Assembly: GCA_965116875.1 (NCBI GenBank)
Contig: OZ220733.1
Location: 4,672,001 to 4,736,000, forward strand
Direction of reading: 5' to 3'
DNA: 64,000 nucleotides
DNA from: Candidatus Latescibacterota bacterium
Lineage (GTDB): Bacteria; Latescibacterota; UBA2968; GCA-2709665
The position numbers and the translations under genes are program-made. The notes beneath the pieces are model-generated. The model saw nothing but the letters and a program-made list of their open reading frames with translations, did not search any database and had not been told where the DNA came from. Shown here piece after piece: positions 57,971-64,000 of this stretch. Position 1 is the first letter of the stretch, and every line of letters starts with the position of its first letter.

Positions 57971-58912
57971 CTAATGCGTGTCAAGGGTTTTGAGGATCGT
58001 GTCCGGCGCGTCTTCCGGGCCAGCATTGATCCACGTGACCCGCCCTTCTTTCCGGAACCACGTAAGTTGGCGTTTGGCGTAACGCCGTGTGCCCATCTTG
58101 ATCTGCGCCGCGGTTTCATCCAGATCCAATTCGCCGTCCAGATGTCGGAAAACCTCCTTGTACCCGAAGGTATTGAGCGCGTTTAGCTCGCGGCCGTATC
58201 CACGCCGTTTCAATTCACGGACCTCATCCACGAGTCCGTCCGCGATCATGCGGTCCACCCGTTCTTCGATCCTCCGGTAAAGCAGCGCGCGGTCCGTTTC
58301 CAGGCCGAACCACGCCAAGCGCCAGTCCCGCGGGCGATTGGCGGGCAACTCGTGAAGCACCGACAGCGGCGTCCCGGTCAGTTCGAAGACCTCCAGCGCG
58401 CGCACGATACGCTTGGTATCGTTGGCGTGCAAACGGCCGGCCGTCACAGGGTCGACTTCGCGCAACCTGTGATAGACCCCCGCCGGATCTTCGCCGGCTT
58501 CACCGAGAAGACGTTCCCGGACCGCCCGCGGCGTGCGCGGGAGCGGAGAGAAACCATCGAGCGCAGCCTTCAAATACAGACCCGACCCTCCCACAAGGAT
58601 CGGGACGCGATTCCTGTCCAGAATCGACTCGATCGCCTTGGATGCGTCGCCGGCGTAGTGCCCGGCGCTGTAATTCTCATCGGGGTTCACAACGTCAAGC
58701 AAGTGGTGTTTCGCAAGCGCGCGCTCTTCCGCGGTTGGTTTGGCGGTGCCGATGTCCATATACCGGTAGACCTGCCGCGCGTCGGCGGACACCACTTCGC
58801 CGCCAAGCGCCCTCGCCAGGGCAATGCCGACCCGCGTCTTCCCGGATGCGGTCGGGCCCACAAGCGCCAATACGCGGCGCCGCCTATCGGTTGAATTGCC
58901 GATCGAGTTCAT
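57971..58912 (-). CDS. miaA: tRNA dimethylallyltransferase
   Basis: GPTASGKT, MDIGTAKP, VGGSGLY, YAKRQLTWFR. Confidence 0.96.
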   Translation of the reverse strand: MNSIGNSTDRRRRVLALVGPTASGKTRVGIALARALGGEVVSADARQVYRYMDIGTAKPTAEERALAKHHLLDVVNPDENYSAGHYAGDASKAIESILDRNRVPILVGGSGLYLKAALDGFSPLPRTPRAVRERLLGEAGEDPAGVYHRLREVDPVTAGRLHANDTKRIVRALEVFELTGTPLSVLHELPANRPRDWRLAWFGLETDRALLYRRIEERVDRMIADGLVDEVRELKRRGYGRELNALNTFGYKEVFRHLDGELDLDETAAQIKMGTRRYAKRQLTWFRKEGRVTWINAGPEDAPDTILKTLDTH

Positions 58913-60716
58913 CCAGAGACATCTTTACCACGACAGGTCTGCCCTGCGGACAAACGAACGGCTCGCGTGTGGCGAACAGCCGATCGATCAACGCCCGCAT
59001 TTCCTTTGCGGAGAGCCGTTCTCCAGTCCGGATGGCCGTGCGCCGGGCGTATGCGGCGGCCAACCGGTGCTCGAGTGGCGATACCGCCTTTTGTCCGCCA
59101 ACCGGGACGGATGTCTGACGCTCCCTTTCGCCAAGCTCGTCCACGACTTCCTGCAGAAGCCGGCCGTCTTCCCAACCCTTCAATTCCACGGGAATGGCAT
59201 CCACAACCACGGTGTTGCCGCCGAAATCCCGTATGCCGAAGCCCATGGCTTCCAGCAGCGGCATTGCCTCTCTGACTCTGTGGATCTGACGCAAACCGAA
59301 ATCGAGCGTAACGGGAAACAGGAGCCGCTGGCCCAATCCGGCGTTCGATTCAAAACAATCCAGCGTCTGTTCGTAGACCATTCGCTGGTGCGCCAGGTGC
59401 TGATCGACAAAAATCAGGCCGTTCTTGATATGCGCCAGGACATATTTCTCGTGTACCTGCCAGACGGGGACCTGTTCGACCGTTTCTTCATCCACCAGCT
59501 CCGGATCAACCGCGCCGTCGGCCCGCGTTTCGTACCCACCGGCCGACTTCCTGACGGTCAGGGAAAGCGCCATCTGCACGTCTTCCAGACCAAGGGGACC
59601 CGAAAGATATGCCTCCTTCTCCCCGGGCGCGTCCGCAACGCCACCGGACGTGTCCGCCGCTGCATGCTCTGATCCGTGTGCCGGAATCGCGGGCGAAGCA
59701 ATTCCACTGTCCACCTCGGGTACCAGGTCCTCCTCCCGCAACCCCGCCCGCACGACTTCAGCTACAGCGTCGTAAACCGCGGCTTCATCCGAAAAACGCA
59801 CCTCGCGTTTGGCGGGATGCACGTTGACATCGAGGCGGGAGGGATCCAGTTCCAGAAGCAGCGCAAACGCGGGATGGAATCCCTTCACCAGCAATCCGCC
59901 AAAGCCGTCGTGTACGGCGTACGTCACCCCCCTGTCGCGTACCCAGCGACCATTCACGACCGTTGCCTGCTGCGCGCCCGACTTTCGCGCCCGTTCCGGC
60001 CTGCCGGCAAAGCCCCAGACCCGAACGCCATGGCGTTCACCGTCCAGAAATACGGCGTCGCGGCCGATCCGGACGCCGAATATCTCCTGCAGCCGGTGCT
60101 TGCGCTCCGTCCTGCCAAGATTCAGTATTTCACGCCCATCGTGTGAAAGTACAAACGCAACGGACGGATAGGCCAATGCCAGGCCCGTAAGCGCATCCGA
60201 CACGTGTTTGAATTCAGTCTCTACACCCTTCAGAAATTTCCGCCTTGCGGGTACATTGAAAAACAGGCCGTGAACGGCGACCGTTGTTCCCCGGTCCCGG
60301 CCTGTTGACGAAACATCGCGTACCCGGCCGCTTTCGACCCGAACACGGGTGCCCTGCAACGCTTCCGAATCGCGGGTTTCGATCACCATCCGCGACACAG
60401 CCGCGATACTCGGCAGCGCTTCCCCGCGAAACCCGAGGGTACGCAGCGTGCGGAGGTCGGAAAGATTGACGATCTTGCTCGTTGCGTGCCGTTCCAGGGC
60501 CAGCAACGCGTCGTCACCAGACATTCCGCAGCCGTTGTCGCTGACCCGTATGGTCTCTTTGCCGCCGCAGGTAACTTCAGCCACGATCCGGTCCGCACCT
60601 GCATCGATGGCGTTTTCCACCAACTCCTTAATCACGGAGCCGGGGCGCTCAACGGCTTCGCCCGCGGCGATTCGATTGGCAATTTCGTCGGACAGAATCC
60701 GGATCCGATCAGGCAT
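58884..60716 (-). CDS. mutL: DNA mismatch repair protein MutL
   Basis: IAAGEAVERP, GFRGEAL, DVNVHPAK, DQHLAHQR, CPQGRP. Confidence 0.96.
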   Translation of the reverse strand: MPDRIRILSDEIANRIAAGEAVERPGSVIKELVENAIDAGADRIVAEVTCGGKETIRVSDNGCGMSGDDALLALERHATSKIVNLSDLRTLRTLGFRGEALPSIAAVSRMVIETRDSEALQGTRVRVESGRVRDVSSTGRDRGTTVAVHGLFFNVPARRKFLKGVETEFKHVSDALTGLALAYPSVAFVLSHDGREILNLGRTERKHRLQEIFGVRIGRDAVFLDGERHGVRVWGFAGRPERARKSGAQQATVVNGRWVRDRGVTYAVHDGFGGLLVKGFHPAFALLLELDPSRLDVNVHPAKREVRFSDEAAVYDAVAEVVRAGLREEDLVPEVDSGIASPAIPAHGSEHAAADTSGGVADAPGEKEAYLSGPLGLEDVQMALSLTVRKSAGGYETRADGAVDPELVDEETVEQVPVWQVHEKYVLAHIKNGLIFVDQHLAHQRMVYEQTLDCFESNAGLGQRLLFPVTLDFGLRQIHRVREAMPLLEAMGFGIRDFGGNTVVVDAIPVELKGWEDGRLLQEVVDELGERERQTSVPVGGQKAVSPLEHRLAAAYARRTAIRTGERLSAKEMRALIDRLFATREPFVCPQGRPVVVKMSLDELDRQFNR

Positions 60717-60834
60717 TACGACCCACCCGCCATTTCTGCATTGCCGAAAAAACGCGGATCAGTGCGGTTCAGAATTGCCTTTGCCGCACCCCTCCGGATC
60801 TCTGGCGACAGGTGTCGGAATACGCCCTGCCGCC

Positions 60835-62235
60835 TCAGGAACGTCCATTCGTACCACGGCCGTTACTGCCAATCCTGCCCTGGCGTTTCAATCGGTGCAG
60901 AGTGCAATCGAATGCCCGGACAACCTGATCCAGATCTTCGCTTGTATGCACCGATGCCGTCAACCCGGTCAAACCGTGCAGATCCACACCCTCCAGTTGC
61001 ATGCTGGCGCGGAATGCATCTCGAATCACCGGGTCGGGCGCCTTCAGCCGGCGGTAGTCATAGGTTCCCGCGGCAATCGCTTCCAGGCTCTGGTCCATCG
61101 GGCCGCTATCGGGAAGGAATTTAACGCCGGAAAAGTCGCCGTATACAACCCAGTCCACGCCGTGGTCCGAGATGACGCGGTTGAGACGACCGCGCAGGAT
61201 TTCACCGTTCCGGTTCGCGCGCGCGACGTGTGTGCCGTCTTCGACGATCTTCAGCGTGGCAATCCCGGCTGCCGCGGAAACCGGGTTGGCGTTAAACGTG
61301 CCCTGGTGGGGCATTTTCCTGCACGTGTCCCACTCCCTGTCTCCTCTGAACGAAAGCAGGTCCATGATATCCTGCCGGCCGGTCAGGCAGCCTCCCGGAA
61401 GTCCGCCCGCCAGGATTTTTGCCAGCGAGGTGAGATCGGGCCTGACGTTGAAGCAGGACTGCGCGCCCCCGGGCGCGCATCGGAAACCGGTGACCACTTC
61501 GTCGAAGATCAGAAGCACGTTGTGCTGAAGCGTTACGCGCCGCAGTTCTTCCAGGAAACCCGGTCGGAGGGGCGCAACGCCGAATGTGGCGCCGGTGGGC
61601 TCCACAATCACACACGCGACGTCGTCATCCCGGTCGAGAATGGCCTCAACCTGATCAATCCGGTTCGGCGGGCAGAGGCAGACGGTATCCGCGACTTCGC
61701 GCAGAACGCCGGCAGGCACGGGCTCGTCGAAAGGCGGCAGCACACCCACGTTGACGTTGTCATGCCACCCGTGGAAGTGACCGATGAATTTCAGGACCTT
61801 TCGCTTTCCGGTAAACGTCCGCGCCAGCCGGAGCGCCATCAGCGTCGCCTCGGTGCCTGAGCTTGTAAATCGAACGCGTTCGGCGGTGGGGATCAGCTTC
61901 AGGACCCACTCTCCCCATTCCACTTCCAGTTCGTGACACGCGCCGTAGTGGGTCCCTCGCGCCACCTGTTCCGAGACGGCTTCCACCATTTCCGGGTAAC
62001 AATGCCCCAGCAGCAATGCGCCATGCCCCATCCAGAGGTCCACGTATTCACGTCCGTCCACGTCCCACTTGCGTCCGGCTTCGGCGCGACTTGCGTATAT
62101 GGGAAACGGCGCGGTGAAGCGCGAATCGTGGGTAACGCCGTTTGGAAAAATACGCGACGCCTTTTCGTAGAGCGCCAGAGACCCGCCGAGCACATTTTCA
62201 AACTCGGCATTAAATGCTTTAACTGATTCTTCCAC
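60835..62235 (-). CDS. Class III PLP aminotransferase (GSA aminomutase-like)
   Basis: WDVDGREYVD, SGTEA, FHGWHD, FDEVVTGFR, LAKILAGG. Confidence 0.88.
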   Translation of the reverse strand: MEESVKAFNAEFENVLGGSLALYEKASRIFPNGVTHDSRFTAPFPIYASRAEAGRKWDVDGREYVDLWMGHGALLLGHCYPEMVEAVSEQVARGTHYGACHELEVEWGEWVLKLIPTAERVRFTSSGTEATLMALRLARTFTGKRKVLKFIGHFHGWHDNVNVGVLPPFDEPVPAGVLREVADTVCLCPPNRIDQVEAILDRDDDVACVIVEPTGATFGVAPLRPGFLEELRRVTLQHNVLLIFDEVVTGFRCAPGGAQSCFNVRPDLTSLAKILAGGLPGGCLTGRQDIMDLLSFRGDREWDTCRKMPHQGTFNANPVSAAAGIATLKIVEDGTHVARANRNGEILRGRLNRVISDHGVDWVVYGDFSGVKFLPDSGPMDQSLEAIAAGTYDYRRLKAPDPVIRDAFRASMQLEGVDLHGLTGLTASVHTSEDLDQVVRAFDCTLHRLKRQGRIGSNGRGTNGRS

Positions 62236-62356
62236 AGTTCTTTATCTCACTTTTTTAATGTGATCTTGTGGGGCCGACGGAATCCGTCCGTGCACGCGTC
62301 GGTTCGCAATTGAAAATAACGTACAACTGAAAAAAAACAAACGGCAAGTTGTATTG

Positions 62357-64000
62357 TCACGCCTTCGTTGCCAGCGGGTAGGAAAACGTCCGATCGGCCA
62401 CGATGTCCGACGTGTCGAAAGCAGTTTCCGACATGACCCAGAGATGGGTCTCAGCCCCCGTGCGCACCAGGAATCCGCGAGCCCTGCCGGATCGATCCCG
62501 CCCGACGGCCGTGACGCGGCTGACGGCCGGCTCCGTGTCCCAGTGATGCATGAGCGCGACAAAGGTTGTCTCGCGGGCGGTCCGGCGGCGGATGAGCAAA
62601 TCGCCGGTTTCGGATGCGGGCTGCAGCGGCGCTTCTCCCAGGATGACCCTAGTGCCCGCTTCTTCCGGGAGGAATACCCCGACCCCGCCCTTCGAAAGGC
62701 CCCATTCCAAAGAAACCGCATCCTCAGACATGAACTCGACCGGCCTGCGAACGTGGGCGTATCCGTCGCCGCAAAGTGACGTCGACCCGAGACGAGACAG
62801 ACCGGTGTGCCTCCGGCGATCGGCCTGGTACCTGCAGACCCAGTCCATCTGGCATTCCTCCGGCGCCGCCACGAGGAACAGATCCCAGAAGTAGGAATCC
62901 GTCCAGAGGATCACCCGACGCATCGCAACCCTCGCATAGGGGTCACCCTCCCATGCAACCCTCGCGTCGACCGCTTCGAATCCGTCGTCGCGCTGTATGT
63001 CGAGATTCACCAGCCGCCCTTCCGCCGGAGGCTGGGAACGGCCGTCTACCGTCACGGTGTTGTGGCTCAATGTCTGCCGATACCAGGTTTCGTTCATGTC
63101 GACGCCATAGCCGGGCGTGCCCAGGTCCGTCGCCACCGGAAGCCCTTGCGCGTAGAAGGAAATCGAAAGCTTATCGGGGTGTCCGTGCCCGCCGCCGTGC
63201 GGTCCGTATTTCAGAAGCACGCAGCTTTGCGCTTCGATCGCGTCCCTCGATCTCAGAATGGCGACACCCGACGGTTTCAGTACGGCGCTTTCCGTAACGA
63301 ATTCGCCACCCGTGTCGGGTAACTCTTCGCCGTATAGAAGCGACTCCACGGCCGTTCGGGGCCTTCCGGCATAGTTGCGTTCGAGTATCCCGGCATAGAC
63401 GGGCTCGTTGTACCACCCGTACGCCACCTCGTAGAAAGCGTCCGCCGGCGGTACGCCGTGGCAGACGTCCGACAACAGGGAGGAGAAATACCAGCAATCG
63501 TTGGTGGCGGGAAGCCTGAAATCGGGAAATGCCAGCGAGACCGGCGCCCGGAACATCGCCCTGATCCGCTCGTCGTCGTGCAGACGACGAGCGGTGCTTT
63601 CCGATACCTGGACGTGGGCAATCAGGGCGGCAAGGGTATAGAAGTGGTAGCTGGAAGACCCCTCCCACCACATCCCGTCGTCCAGAACACCTTCCCGGAG
63701 CTGGTGGTGGAATCCGAACCTGTCCTCCAGGGCAATCTTCTGAAATCCCACGTCGTCCAGGCAGACTCCAACCGCCGCCATTGCGGCATTGTGCCAGCAT
63801 TCGATGTTGTGAATGCGGTGGAATTTCTGGCCCTGAATGTGCTCCGCCGCAAGCGCGAGCAGGTTGGTTTCGATCAGCGTCCGCTCCCGGGCATCCAGGA
63901 ACTCCCGCACCAGGTCGTACGCCCTCGCAATGGGAATCAGCCACACAGCCTCGTCGAGTGAATGATTGGCCACCTTGCCCCAGCCATACGGCAGTTCCCT
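62357..64000 (-). CDS. Heparinase II/III / oligoalginate lyase-like protein (5' truncated by window)
   Basis: HNIECWHN, DGMWWEGSSSYHFY, HGGGHGHPDKL, LSHNTVTVDG; frame open to the window end. Confidence 0.8.
   Translation of the reverse strand, partial: RELPYGWGKVANHSLDEAVWLIPIARAYDLVREFLDARERTLIETNLLALAAEHIQGQKFHRIHNIECWHNAAMAAVGVCLDDVGFQKIALEDRFGFHHQLREGVLDDGMWWEGSSSYHFYTLAALIAHVQVSESTARRLHDDERIRAMFRAPVSLAFPDFRLPATNDCWYFSSLLSDVCHGVPPADAFYEVAYGWYNEPVYAGILERNYAGRPRTAVESLLYGEELPDTGGEFVTESAVLKPSGVAILRSRDAIEAQSCVLLKYGPHGGGHGHPDKLSISFYAQGLPVATDLGTPGYGVDMNETWYRQTLSHNTVTVDGRSQPPAEGRLVNLDIQRDDGFEAVDARVAWEGDPYARVAMRRVILWTDSYFWDLFLVAAPEECQMDWVCRYQADRRRHTGLSRLGSTSLCGDGYAHVRRPVEFMSEDAVSLEWGLSKGGVGVFLPEEAGTRVILGEAPLQPASETGDLLIRRRTARETTFVALMHHWDTEPAVSRVTAVGRDRSGRARGFLVRTGAETHLWVMSETAFDTSDIVADRTFSYPLATKA

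Overview
High-GC bacterial chromosomal window; the housekeeping gene order is compatible with a Gemmatimonadota/Latescibacterota-like lineage (inference only). It appears to span the replication terminus: a 28-bp dif-like site at 26046-26073 sits where gene orientation flips from + to - strand, with an HTH/coiled-coil gene right beside it. The left arm carries a methylated-amine-type catabolic operon (1-5936), a 14-kb transport operon with an RND permease fused to a complete ABC ATPase and an ABC permease fused to a catalytically degenerate M1-peptidase-like domain (6064-20283), a CdaA-YbbR fusion, a TPR protein and a large heparinase-like/beta-propeller protein. The right arm carries gcvT, leuS, asnS, the rimP-nusA-infB-DUF503-rbfA-truB-ribF-rpsO-pnp cluster, a MerR gene, der and DUF512. 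Two copies of a 162-bp hairpin MITE-like element lie 1-2 nt upstream of the rimP and MerR start codons. An integrase-less ~11-kb accessory region at the 3' end of tRNA-Gly(CCC) holds decayed toxin-antitoxin modules, PD-(D/E)XK nucleases, a GxxExxY pseudogene flanked by inward-facing ~10-bp-periodic repeat arrays, and several nested REP-like repeats. The window ends with miaA, mutL, a class III aminotransferase and a partial heparinase II/III gene. All calls come from reading motifs by eye; no database searches were run.
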